This document shows, piece by piece, positions 1 to 8,024 of a stretch of DNA of 51,248 bases (its first letter is position 1; every line of letters starts with the position of its first letter). The notes below the pieces were generated by a model. That model was not told the DNA's origin. It searched no databases and was given only the letters and a program-made list of their open reading frames with translations. The DNA is taken from NCBI GenBank assembly GCA_031960985.1, contig JAVRLX010000004.1, positions 1 to 51,248 of the forward strand, given 5' to 3'. The stretch comes from Campylobacterales bacterium. GTDB taxonomy: Bacteria > Campylobacterota > Campylobacteria > Campylobacterales > UBA6016. Position numbers and translations under genes: made by a program.

Positions 1-277
1 TGGCTATTATTGCCAAACCAAGCCTAGACCTCTTCGATAGATTGTCCGATTCGGAGACGAAAGCCCGCCCATCGGTGATAGTCTGGGCGGGGGTCTTATC
101 AAATGCAGTGTGGCATAGCTTGACTTTTTGTATTGTCTTGAGGTAAACTTTCGTCAAGCTCTTTGACAGAGTTGTGAAAATCGCGGTCGTTAAACTCTCG
201 GCGAAGCTGACCCCGTTCGCCCCTCTCTGTCTTAGAGTGTCATAAATACGTCTGGTACCTTTTGTTAGGTTTTTCAA
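1..277 (-). CDS. partial ORF of unknown function running off the left window edge (first 92 codons only)
   Basis: Minus-strand frame is stop-free from TTG at 277 to position 2 (LKNLTKGTRRIYDTLRQRGANGVSFAESL...GLAIIA). It is missing from the ORF track, presumably because it has no stop inside the window. There is no ATG/GTG start and no clear RBS. The antisense plus frame is also open to TAA at 144-146, so the coding strand is uncertain. Confidence 0.3.
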   Translation of the reverse strand, partial: MKNLTKGTRRIYDTLRQRGANGVSFAESLTTAIFTTLSKSLTKVYLKTIQKVKLCHTAFDKTPAQTITDGRAFVSESDNLSKRSRLGLAIIA

Positions 278-298
278 GTTATTATCTTTGTATGTAAA

Positions 299-595
299 TT
301 ACGGTAGATTTTCTCTAAAAATATTCGCTATCTCTATCCTATTTTTTGCTTTATTGATGCGATAAAGTATCGAGTAGCCTTGATATGCAAGCTTTCTAAT
401 ATTTTTACCATACTCATCAGCTTTGCGTCCAGCCTCTGGAAATCTCATAAGCACATCCGACATGTACTCCTTTAGTCTATCCATATATGCTAGTGTCAAA
501 TTTTCTGAGCGACTTTGTTCATATATATAGTCTGCGATTTTACTTAGACGATATACGGCTTTTTTGGAAAATACTATTTTGTCAATTTGCGGCAT
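299..595 (-). CDS. type II toxin-antitoxin system toxin, ParE/RelE family
   Basis: 98 aa. It overlaps the upstream 72-aa ORF by 14 nt. The sequence pattern (FPEAGRK...YQGYSILYRINKAKNRIEIANIFRE) is typical of ParE/RelE-fold toxins. About 34% G+C by hand count over 301-600. Confidence 0.75.
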   Translation of the reverse strand: MPQIDKIVFSKKAVYRLSKIADYIYEQSRSENLTLAYMDRLKEYMSDVLMRFPEAGRKADEYGKNIRKLAYQGYSILYRINKAKNRIEIANIFRENLP

Positions 596-800
596 ATTTT
601 GCCATTACCTGCTTGAATGCTTCCGAAAACTCTACGATGTCATCTTTGTCTATTTCATCTATCGACGCCTCGATTTCACTCTTTATCTTTTGAAACTTCA
701 AAAACTCTACAAATTGCCGCATTAGGGAGTCGTTATCACCTTTATACTCATCATTAATGAAACCCTCGAGCTCTGGATTATCTATTCGTATTGACAACAT
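582..800 (-). CDS. cognate antitoxin (putative ribbon-helix-helix/ParD-like)
   Basis: 72 aa, acidic, encoded immediately upstream of and overlapping the toxin. The N-terminal MLSIRIDNPELEGFI resembles an RHH beta-strand plus helix. AAGGA RBS and an AT-rich promoter region lie at 801-857. Confidence 0.6.
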   Translation of the reverse strand: MLSIRIDNPELEGFINDEYKGDNDSLMRQFVEFLKFQKIKSEIEASIDEIDKDDIVEFSEAFKQVMAKYAAN

Positions 801-857
801 TTTTATATCCTTGCCTTTTTATATTCTATTTTACAACAAATTTTCCGCTTTATCACC

Positions 858-1520
858 TTATATCTTCTCTTTCAAAATCCTCAAAAACTCACTTCTAGCT
901 ATCCCTTTTGCCCCAAGTGAAAGTAGATGTGAGGTCTCTTGTTGGCAATCTATTATGTCGATATTTAGTTTGTCTGAGTTTGTGCACAAAAACCACAAGG
1001 CGGCTTTGGAGGCGTCGCTAACCTTGTAAAACATCGATTCGCCAAAAAATACACGCCCTAGTTTTACCCCATAAAATCCGCCGACTAGTTCGCCTTTGCA
1101 GTAGCATTCAAAACTCATTGCTACCCCGATTTTGTGGAGTTTTGTGTATGCCTCAATAAACTCTTTAGTTATCCACGACCCATTCCCATCTTTTTTGCGC
1201 GGGCTTTTGGCACATGCCATTATCACTCCCTCAAAATCCTTATTAATTGCAAACTCAAAGTTTTGTTTTTTAATGCTTTTTAGTAGCGATTTTGTAGTGC
1301 GAAACTCATTTGGATACAAAACCGCTCGTGGGTTTGGCGAATACCAAAAGACATATCCATGCTCAATAAACCAAGGGAAAATCCCTTGCGAATACGCCGA
1401 TATCAGCCTTCCTACCTCCAAATCCCCACCTATAGCTACAAGTCCATCCTCGTCTGCGGTATCTGGGTGTGGAAACTGATATTGGCAAAAGAGCGCTAAC
1501 GGGCTTTGCAAGAGTGTCAT
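858..1520 (-). CDS. aat: leucyl/phenylalanyl-tRNA--protein transferase
   Basis: 220 aa with L/F-transferase motifs GIFPWF, WYSPNPR and FFGESMF. The start overlaps the clpA stop (ATGA). Confidence 0.9.
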   Translation of the reverse strand: MTLLQSPLALFCQYQFPHPDTADEDGLVAIGGDLEVGRLISAYSQGIFPWFIEHGYVFWYSPNPRAVLYPNEFRTTKSLLKSIKKQNFEFAINKDFEGVIMACAKSPRKKDGNGSWITKEFIEAYTKLHKIGVAMSFECYCKGELVGGFYGVKLGRVFFGESMFYKVSDASKAALWFLCTNSDKLNIDIIDCQQETSHLLSLGAKGIARSEFLRILKEKI

Positions 1521-3712
1521 ATCTTGAAAGTCAGCGCGCCTTGTTTTACGCTGACCGATACTTTGCCGCCGTTTTTCAATTTACCAAACAACAGCTCGTC
1601 GATAAGGGCGTCTTTAACCTCTCGTTCGATGAGCCCAGCTAGCGGTCTTGCCCCCATTTTTGGGTCGTATCCTTTTTCGGCTAGATACTCTTTTGCCTTT
1701 TTGTCAAATGAGATTTCAACATTTTTTTGTTTTAAAAATCCGTTTAGCTCGCCTAGCATCTTTTCAACTACTTTTATCATTATCTCTTTAGCTAATGGAG
1801 CAAAAGCTATCGTAGCGGTCAGACGGTTTCGAAACTCTGGTGTAAAGAAGTTTTTTACAGCCTCTTCGCCTCTAATGCCCTCATCCGGAGCAAAGCCCAT
1901 TACGGGCGCCTCGCTACTTCCAAGGTTGCTAGTCATAATTAACACCACATTGCGAAAATCGGCTTTTATCCCAGTGTTATCGGTTAGAGTGGCGTTATCC
2001 ATTATCTGCAAAAGTATATTTGCAATATCAGGGTGCGCTTTTTCTATCTCATCAAGGAGCACTACACAGTGTGGATTTTTTCTTACAGCCTCCGTTAAAA
2101 GCCCCCCTTGCTCAAACCCAACATATCCAGGAGGCGCTCCAACTAGCCTTGAGACGGCGTGTTTTTCCATATATTCGCTCATATCAAACCGCTCAAAATG
2201 TATTCCAAGCATAGCGGCAAGTTGTTTGGATACTTCGGTTTTACCTACCCCAGTTGGACCTGTAAAAAGAAATGATCCTATCGGCTTGTCGGCTCTAGTT
2301 AACCCAGCTTTAGAGCGTTTAACTGCTTTTACGAGCGCCTCTATTGCCTTATCTTGTCCAAATACCTGTTTTTTAAGGTCACTCTCAAGCTCTCTTAGCC
2401 TCTCCAAATCATTTTTTTCCATCGTTTTGAGTGGAATTTTTGTGATTTTGGAGATAATCCGCTCTATGTCTATCTCTTTAACTATCCGTTTTTTCTGTGT
2501 TGGCGCAAACATGCGAAACGCCGCCCCAGCCTCATCTATCGCATCTATCGCTTTATCTGGAAGCTTTTTGTCTTTGATGTATCTATCGGTCAAATCAACA
2601 GCCGCCTTTAGTGCCTCTGGCGTATATACGACATTGTGAAACTCTTCGTATTTTGCTTTAAGCCCCTCTACTATTTTGTAGCAATCCTCAAGGCTAGGTT
2701 CATTTACATCTATCTTTTGAAAGCGTCTCCCAAGCGCCCTGTCTTTTTCAAAGCTTGCCTTATATTCTGCAAATGTTGTAGCCCCTACGCATCGCAGTTT
2801 TCCATTTGCAAGGGCTGGTTTAAGTAGGTTTGCGGCGTCCATTGAGCTACCGTTTGCGCTTCCAGCCCCCACTATCATGTGGATTTCATCGATAAAGAGT
2901 ATGACATTTTCCTCTTTTTCAAGTTCGGCAAGCACCCCTTTTAGTCTTTTTTCAAAATCCCCTCTATATTTTGTCCCAGCGACAAGCGCGCCGACATCAA
3001 GAGCAAATATCCTTGCGTTTTTGAGTGGAGCAGGGATGCTATCGTCCGCTACCTTTAGGGCTAACCCCTCTACGACTGCGGTTTTACCAACCCCCGGTTC
3101 GCCTACGAGAATTGGATTGTTCTTTTTGCGGCGGCAGAGTACTTGCGTTGTCCGCTCTATCTCTTCAGCTCGTCCCACTACTGGGTCAATGCTTCCCGCT
3201 TTGGCTAGGGCTACAAGCTCGGTTGTGAACTCCTCAAGATATGACTTTTTCTTTTCGGTTTTTTTGGGTGATTCTGTCGTAGTTTCCATCCCAAAACTTG
3301 ATATAGCCTCCAAAATATCTAGTTTTTCTATACCATATGATTTTAGTAGCATTACCCCAAAGCTAGAGTCTTCATCAAAAATGGCGGCTAAAAGGTCATT
3401 TAAGCCAGCCTCTTGTTTGCCGGCGCCCTGCACTTGGAGTATCATACTTTGCATCACTCTTTGAAATGCGGCTGTTTGTACAGGCTCGATTTTGAGATCT
3501 TTTGGCATTTTTTCTATCTCGTTATCCAAAAACTCCGAGAGCGCCACCTTGACCTCTAGCGTATTAACCCCTATCTCTTGGAGTATTCTATCCACCCCGC
3601 TGTCATCTAGGAGCGCATAGATAAGATGCTCAACCATAATATATTCGTGGCTTCTATTTCTAGCCTCTCTAAAGGCATTTACGAGAATTAAATTTAGTTC
3701 TTTGCTTATCAT
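1517..3712 (-). CDS. clpA: ATP-dependent Clp protease ATP-binding subunit ClpA
   Basis: 731 aa with two AAA+ modules, Walker A GEPGVGKT and GPTGVGKT, and an N-terminal Clp repeat domain. clpS lies directly upstream. Confidence 0.95.
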   Translation of the reverse strand: MISKELNLILVNAFREARNRSHEYIMVEHLIYALLDDSGVDRILQEIGVNTLEVKVALSEFLDNEIEKMPKDLKIEPVQTAAFQRVMQSMILQVQGAGKQEAGLNDLLAAIFDEDSSFGVMLLKSYGIEKLDILEAISSFGMETTTESPKKTEKKKSYLEEFTTELVALAKAGSIDPVVGRAEEIERTTQVLCRRKKNNPILVGEPGVGKTAVVEGLALKVADDSIPAPLKNARIFALDVGALVAGTKYRGDFEKRLKGVLAELEKEENVILFIDEIHMIVGAGSANGSSMDAANLLKPALANGKLRCVGATTFAEYKASFEKDRALGRRFQKIDVNEPSLEDCYKIVEGLKAKYEEFHNVVYTPEALKAAVDLTDRYIKDKKLPDKAIDAIDEAGAAFRMFAPTQKKRIVKEIDIERIISKITKIPLKTMEKNDLERLRELESDLKKQVFGQDKAIEALVKAVKRSKAGLTRADKPIGSFLFTGPTGVGKTEVSKQLAAMLGIHFERFDMSEYMEKHAVSRLVGAPPGYVGFEQGGLLTEAVRKNPHCVVLLDEIEKAHPDIANILLQIMDNATLTDNTGIKADFRNVVLIMTSNLGSSEAPVMGFAPDEGIRGEEAVKNFFTPEFRNRLTATIAFAPLAKEIMIKVVEKMLGELNGFLKQKNVEISFDKKAKEYLAEKGYDPKMGARPLAGLIEREVKDALIDELLFGKLKNGGKVSVSVKQGALTFKI

Positions 3713-3713
3713 C

Positions 3714-4019
3714 TTACTCTTCTTCCATTGTGCATCTAAGTGGAAATCCGTTATTTCTGGCTAGCTCCATCGTCTGGGCAACCTTGGTCTCTGCTATCTC
3801 TAGCGTATAGACGCCGCATATCGCTTTGCCTTCCGTATGAATTTTGTGCATAAGCTGTACCGCCTCTGCTTCGCTTTTGCGGAAAATGGACATTAACACC
3901 TCAATAACAAATTCCATTGTTGTATAGTCGTCATTATGCATTAGTACTTTGTATCGTTTTGGCCTATCTAGCCCAAAGATGGTGATATCTTCAGTCCGCC
4001 CTTCGGTTTCAAAGCTCAT
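3714..4019 (-). CDS. clpS: ATP-dependent Clp protease adaptor ClpS
   Basis: 101 aa with a YKVLMHNDDYTTMEFVIEVL core typical of ClpS. There is a 1-nt gap to clpA. Confidence 0.95.
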   Translation of the reverse strand: MSFETEGRTEDITIFGLDRPKRYKVLMHNDDYTTMEFVIEVLMSIFRKSEAEAVQLMHKIHTEGKAICGVYTLEIAETKVAQTMELARNNGFPLRCTMEEE

Positions 4020-4140
4020 TTATCACTCTTAATTTATTTGTTGTTTGCGTATTATAAGCCTTAAAGCGTAAAAATTTATATAAGTTTTTTAACTCTCTTC
4101 AAAGTATAATAAAAAATAATTAAATACAAGTGAACATAAT

Positions 4141-6267
4141 ATGATATTCAAAGAATCAAAGAGGGGTGTTGCTTGGGCTCTGTTTTTGGCGGTTTCAACC
4201 GCAAGCGCCGCCGATACGCTTGAGCAAATCCTAGATGAAACTACACAAATTGCAACAAAAACAAAGCTAAATGTGGACTATGTGCCATCTGTCGTATCTG
4301 TTCTTCGTGGAAGCGATATGCGAGCTCTTGGCGTGCAAAAAATCTCCGATGCGCTTAGCTTGATACCGGGTGTGCAGGTATTTATCAACCAGTTTGGTCA
4401 AACAACCACTGTTTTTAGAGGGTTTAGAAATCCAAATGCAGATAAAGCCGATAAGATAAAAATACTAATAGACGGTGTTGCAGTCGGTAGTGAGGTGAGC
4501 GGCTCTTCTAGTTTTGTTATGGATTTGCCTATTGATTTGGTAGAGCGCATTGAAATTTTGAGAGGACCTAGCTCTACGGTGTACGGCGTCGGGGCATTTT
4601 ATGGAGCTGTCAATATTATCACAAAATCAGCAAACGGGTCTATTGCAAATGAGGTTTTTGTGGGTGGCGGAAGCTGGTATTCGAAAAAAATCGGCGGAGT
4701 TGTTAGCACGATAAAAAATGGGGTGAGCTACTTGGCCGATGGATACTATCAAGGCGGGCAAAGGAGACTCAATCTTAATTCTACTTATGTGGACGGACCA
4801 TCTACTTTTCCTAGGGATTTTCGAACAAATGAAGCTTTTGATGATTTTGGAGTCGGTTTTACGCTAAAAAAAGATAATCTAACATGGATTTCAAGGCTAA
4901 AAAAGGGGTGGCAAGGCAATTATTACGGTCTTGAGGAAAAACTGGAGCCAACTGAGGATACGGGGCAGACAAACCAGCTCTTTACCAGTGAAATTTTATA
5001 TGAAAAACCGCTATCAAGCGGAACTCTCTCTAGTAAATTTGGAATTAAAGATTCAGTATATAGGCTCAATGAAGCGCCAAGGACAAATTATTGGATAACC
5101 TCTAATGCCTACAGAAACGGTCTCGTTGGTATGCAAGAAGACGCGACGGTGGAGATAAAATATGGCGAAACAACATACTATGCGGAAGTTGCGCATCATT
5201 TTAATAAATTTTTAGAAAATGAACTTTCGATTGGAGCAGGCGTCAGTACTACTTCATTGCGCCAAAATAGTTTTCATTCAAGCGTAGAGGATTTTGTTTT
5301 TAGCAATATGTCAACGCTTGATATGACAAAAAGCATAACGCGTGAGCCGATGTTTTCCATGCCGCAAAATAACTTCTACATAAAAGAGGGCGCACATCGT
5401 ACGACTGGCTCTTTTTTTATCGACGATATTTATAGGTTTTCCGAGAATAGCGACATCATTATGGGCGCTAGAATCGACAAGCACGACGATACTGTCTTGC
5501 AGTTTAATGCCAGAATTGGCGTCGCCACTAGATGGCTTGATGATAGCTCTGTCATAACAAAACTAATCGCAAGTACCGGCTCTAGGGCGCCAACGCTCAT
5601 AGAAAGATATGCCGTAACGCACTACAATGAATGGGCGGCTGGACCCTCTGATTTGAAACCGGAACAGATTCGCTCACTAGACGCAATGTTTATTTATAAA
5701 CCAAACCCCGTTCATCGCCTATCCGTTAATGGATACTATTCTGAGCTAATTAATGTTATAGATATGGAAAATGACCCTTACACTGCAATCGGTTTTACCA
5801 ACTATCCAAAAAGATTTTCAAAAGGCGTAGAGGTAGAGTACACATTTGCGCCAAGCGTTGCGCACAAGCTATCGCTGAACGCAAGTTTTAATCAGACAAC
5901 ATATATGTCTACGGACACTTTTGACACTATGCCGATGCCGGATATATCGCCTATAATGTATAAAGCATGGTATATCTACGCCCCGACAAATTATTTAACA
6001 TTAGGTATTAAGTATTTGCATCAAAATATGACTACCCAAAATAAAGATTATACGAAACGAACTACCTCTATTCCGGCAAATAGAAGCGCCGATATAAATA
6101 TAAATTGGCAGATAGCAGATAAGACAGATATCTCTCTTTGTATTAATAACATCCAAAATAACAAAATCAGAATGCCAAGCTACTACTACACAAACTACCT
6201 TTCAAAAAATGACGGTATGGTAAGGGAGGGTAGAAACTTCTTTGTGACGCTCAAAAAAAGTTTTTAG
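4141..6267 (+). CDS. TonB-dependent outer-membrane receptor (substrate unknown)
   Basis: 708 aa with a signal peptide (...STASAAD), an N-terminal plug region (RALGVQKISDALSLIPGV, IEILRGPSSTVYG), a long beta-barrel and a C-terminal aromatic residue (KKSF). Confidence 0.85.
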   Translation: MIFKESKRGVAWALFLAVSTASAADTLEQILDETTQIATKTKLNVDYVPSVVSVLRGSDMRALGVQKISDALSLIPGVQVFINQFGQTTTVFRGFRNPNADKADKIKILIDGVAVGSEVSGSSSFVMDLPIDLVERIEILRGPSSTVYGVGAFYGAVNIITKSANGSIANEVFVGGGSWYSKKIGGVVSTIKNGVSYLADGYYQGGQRRLNLNSTYVDGPSTFPRDFRTNEAFDDFGVGFTLKKDNLTWISRLKKGWQGNYYGLEEKLEPTEDTGQTNQLFTSEILYEKPLSSGTLSSKFGIKDSVYRLNEAPRTNYWITSNAYRNGLVGMQEDATVEIKYGETTYYAEVAHHFNKFLENELSIGAGVSTTSLRQNSFHSSVEDFVFSNMSTLDMTKSITREPMFSMPQNNFYIKEGAHRTTGSFFIDDIYRFSENSDIIMGARIDKHDDTVLQFNARIGVATRWLDDSSVITKLIASTGSRAPTLIERYAVTHYNEWAAGPSDLKPEQIRSLDAMFIYKPNPVHRLSVNGYYSELINVIDMENDPYTAIGFTNYPKRFSKGVEVEYTFAPSVAHKLSLNASFNQTTYMSTDTFDTMPMPDISPIMYKAWYIYAPTNYLTLGIKYLHQNMTTQNKDYTKRTTSIPANRSADININWQIADKTDISLCINNIQNNKIRMPSYYYTNYLSKNDGMVREGRNFFVTLKKSF

Positions 6268-6378
6268 GGCATTATTGGGGCAATAAGTTGTTGCCTCTTA
6301 AAAAGGTTATGTTGTTTTGATTTTTCGAATATTGTAATAACGATTTGTTTTGCAAGTAGTAAAAGTAGAGAACTAAAG

Positions 6379-6455
6379 TGGCGGTCTGGACGGGACTCGA
6401 ACCCGCGACCTCCGCCGTGACAGGGCGGCATTCTAACCAACTGAACTACCAGACC
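6379..6455 (-). tRNA. tRNA-Asp (GTC)
   Basis: Hand-folded cloverleaf: GGTCTGG acceptor, anticodon loop CTGTCAC, T-loop GCGGGTTCGAGTCCCGT, encoded CCA. Confidence 0.9.
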
Positions 6456-6477
6456 ACTAAAAAAGAGTGAATTTCTA

Positions 6478-6553
6478 TGGTGGTCTCTGCAAGACTCGAA
6501 CTTGCGACATCTACCTTGTAAGGGTAGCGCTCTACCAACTGAGCTAAGAGACC
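6478..6553 (-). tRNA. tRNA-Val (TAC)
   Basis: Hand-folded: GGTCTCT acceptor, D-arm GCTCAGTTGGTAGAGC, anticodon loop CTTACAA, T-loop TTCGAGT, encoded CCA. Confidence 0.9.
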
Positions 6554-6568
6554 ATCTCTTAAAAAAAA

Positions 6569-6644
6569 TGGTCACCCTAAGGGGATTTGAACCCCTGTCA
6601 CCGCCGTGAAAGGGCGGTGTCCTAGGCCTCTAGACGATAGGGTG
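6569..6644 (-). tRNA. tRNA-Glu (TTC)
   Basis: Hand-folded: anticodon stem CCGCC/GGCGG with loop CTTTCAC, T-arm AGGGGTTCAAATCCCCT, encoded CCA. The 5' boundary is good to about +/-2 nt. Confidence 0.85.
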
Positions 6645-6661
6645 ACAAATATTAAAAAGGG

Positions 6662-6737
6662 TGGTGACCCGTGTTGGACTCGAACCAACGGCCCTATCCT
6701 TAAAAGGGATATGCTCTACCAACTGAGCTAACGGGTC
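6662..6737 (-). tRNA. tRNA-Lys (TTT)
   Basis: Hand-folded: GACCCGT acceptor, D-arm GCTCAGTTGGTAGAGC, anticodon loop CTTTTAA, T-loop TTCGAGT, encoded CCA. Confidence 0.9.
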
Positions 6738-6778
6738 ATCACAAAATCTTCTAAGTTTTTTACTCAAAAGGAGCCGGA

Positions 6779-6807
6779 ATTATATACGAAAAATTTTGAC
6801 TTGTCAA
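6779..6807 (-). promoter_or_regulatory. sigma-70 consensus promoter of the tRNA operon
   Basis: The minus strand reads TTGACA (6807-6802), a 17-nt spacer, then TATAAT (6784-6779). The -10 lies about 42 nt upstream of the tRNA-Lys 5' end. Confidence 0.7.
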
Positions 6808-6816
6808 GACTTTTCT

Positions 6817-7902
6817 TTAAATTCCTTGTAAAATTTCGCAAAGCATTTTTAAAGCGTAGTTTGCGGCGCTCGATTGTATAAGCTCTCTATCTCCAAAAAA
6901 AACTTTTCTCTCTATGTATTTTGCTCCGTCTATGTGCTGTACGCCAATATACACCAAACCTACAGGTTTTTCTTCGCTTCCGCCGTTTGGTCCAGCTATT
7001 CCGCTTATTGCCGCCACATAATCTGCGCCAGATATTTTAAGCGCCCCATCTAACATCTGCGATACGGTAAATTCGCTGACGGCGCCATGCGTCTTTATAT
7101 CTGACTCATTCACCCCAAGCCAAGACACTTTTGCTTCGTTGGCATATGTAGTTAGCGCTCCTATAAAAACATCGCTTGCTCCTGATATTCGGACAAACCT
7201 ATAGCTAAGCATTCCGCCTGTGCAGCTCTCAACCACCGCTACTTTTTCATTTTTTATTTTTAATTGCTCTATCAAAAACTCCTCCAATGAGTCTGCAATA
7301 ACTATTTTTGGACCAAATAGTTTGCGGAGTCTTGCTAAAAAATTTTCAAGCTTGCCGTATTTTTTTTCCTCAGCTATAACCTCTATGTACCCGCTCGGAT
7401 TTTTGTATATTGTGACCGTTATATCGCTTGCCGTGGCTATAGGAGTTATGAGCACTCTGGCGCTCTCTTCATCTTCTCCTAATATAAAAGCTTTTTGTAG
7501 TTTTATTTTTTCACTCAAGATTATCGGCGGAATATCTGTGGCTGTGTCAACCCGAAGGACATTAATAAGTTTGTTTTGCACGGCAACTAGATAACTTCCG
7601 TTTTGATACTCTATGCACCTTGAAGGTATTAGCATATCTCCTCTTGCCACTAGCGTATCGGATAGGTGTGTGGAGAGCATCTTTCCTATTAATGCAAAAT
7701 TTGTTTTTGAAGCGGCTATGATGATATTGGATGATTTTGCGATGTGATTTTCAAGTTCTCCTAAAATATTTGGGTCATTCTCTTTGATAAACAAAAAATC
7801 GTCTACTTTGGTAAGCTTGGCGTATATCTTTCGCTTTAGATACTCTAAAAAATCGTTTGAATATCTAAATTTTTCGCCTACTATTAAAACTGTATTTTTC
7901 AT
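6817..7902 (-). CDS. CinA-family protein (C-terminal PncC/NMN-deamidase-like domain)
   Basis: The C-terminal half has VVESCTGGMLS...TTYANEAKVSWLGV...GIAGPNGG, typical of the CinA/PncC domain. I place the start at ATG 7902 (GGAAGGA RBS 7 nt upstream) rather than the track start at 7950. Confidence 0.8.
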   Translation of the reverse strand: MKNTVLIVGEKFRYSNDFLEYLKRKIYAKLTKVDDFLFIKENDPNILGELENHIAKSSNIIIAASKTNFALIGKMLSTHLSDTLVARGDMLIPSRCIEYQNGSYLVAVQNKLINVLRVDTATDIPPIILSEKIKLQKAFILGEDEESARVLITPIATASDITVTIYKNPSGYIEVIAEEKKYGKLENFLARLRKLFGPKIVIADSLEEFLIEQLKIKNEKVAVVESCTGGMLSYRFVRISGASDVFIGALTTYANEAKVSWLGVNESDIKTHGAVSEFTVSQMLDGALKISGADYVAAISGIAGPNGGSEEKPVGLVYIGVQHIDGAKYIERKVFFGDRELIQSSAANYALKMLCEILQGI

Positions 7903-8024
7903 ACCCATCCTTCCAGGTCTCTCTCTTGTTGTATAGATTTTACCGAGCAAACCCTTTTAACGCTTTTTTACCTAGGGTTTTGTAAGATTACGAAAACTCT
8001 TTTTGTAACCCCTTCGGAGAAATT

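Noticed and set aside
64-91. The GC-rich hairpin as a rho-independent terminator of the TA operon, or as part of a tmRNA or other ncRNA.
   Set aside because: There is no convincing U-tract on either strand (CTTTCGTC on the minus strand, GGTCTTATC on the plus strand). I could not match the flanks to tmRNA, SRP or RNase P sequences from memory. It is kept only as a detail of the left-edge finding.
1506-2639. A 377-aa ORF on the plus strand, antisense to clpA.
   Set aside because: It is fully embedded antisense in a confidently identified gene. The product is low-complexity and Ser/Leu/Phe-rich, as expected from reading a codon-biased gene backwards. It has no RBS and no recognisable domain.
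4020-4140. A possible Fur box upstream of the TonB-dependent receptor (TATAATAAAAAATAATTAA).
   Set aside because: Only about 10 of 19 positions match the Fur consensus, in a region that is almost pure A/T. This cannot be distinguished from background.
6268-6378. A degenerate tRNA or integration (att) site between the TonB receptor and tRNA-Asp.
   Set aside because: There is no cloverleaf-compatible sequence, no direct repeat of a tRNA 3' end and no integrase nearby. Only a weak 5-bp hairpin (GGCAA/TTGCC) is present.
6264-6575. A 103-aa minus-strand ORF.
   Set aside because: It is read straight through tRNA-Asp, tRNA-Val and part of tRNA-Glu, so it is an artefact of the GC-rich tRNA sequence.
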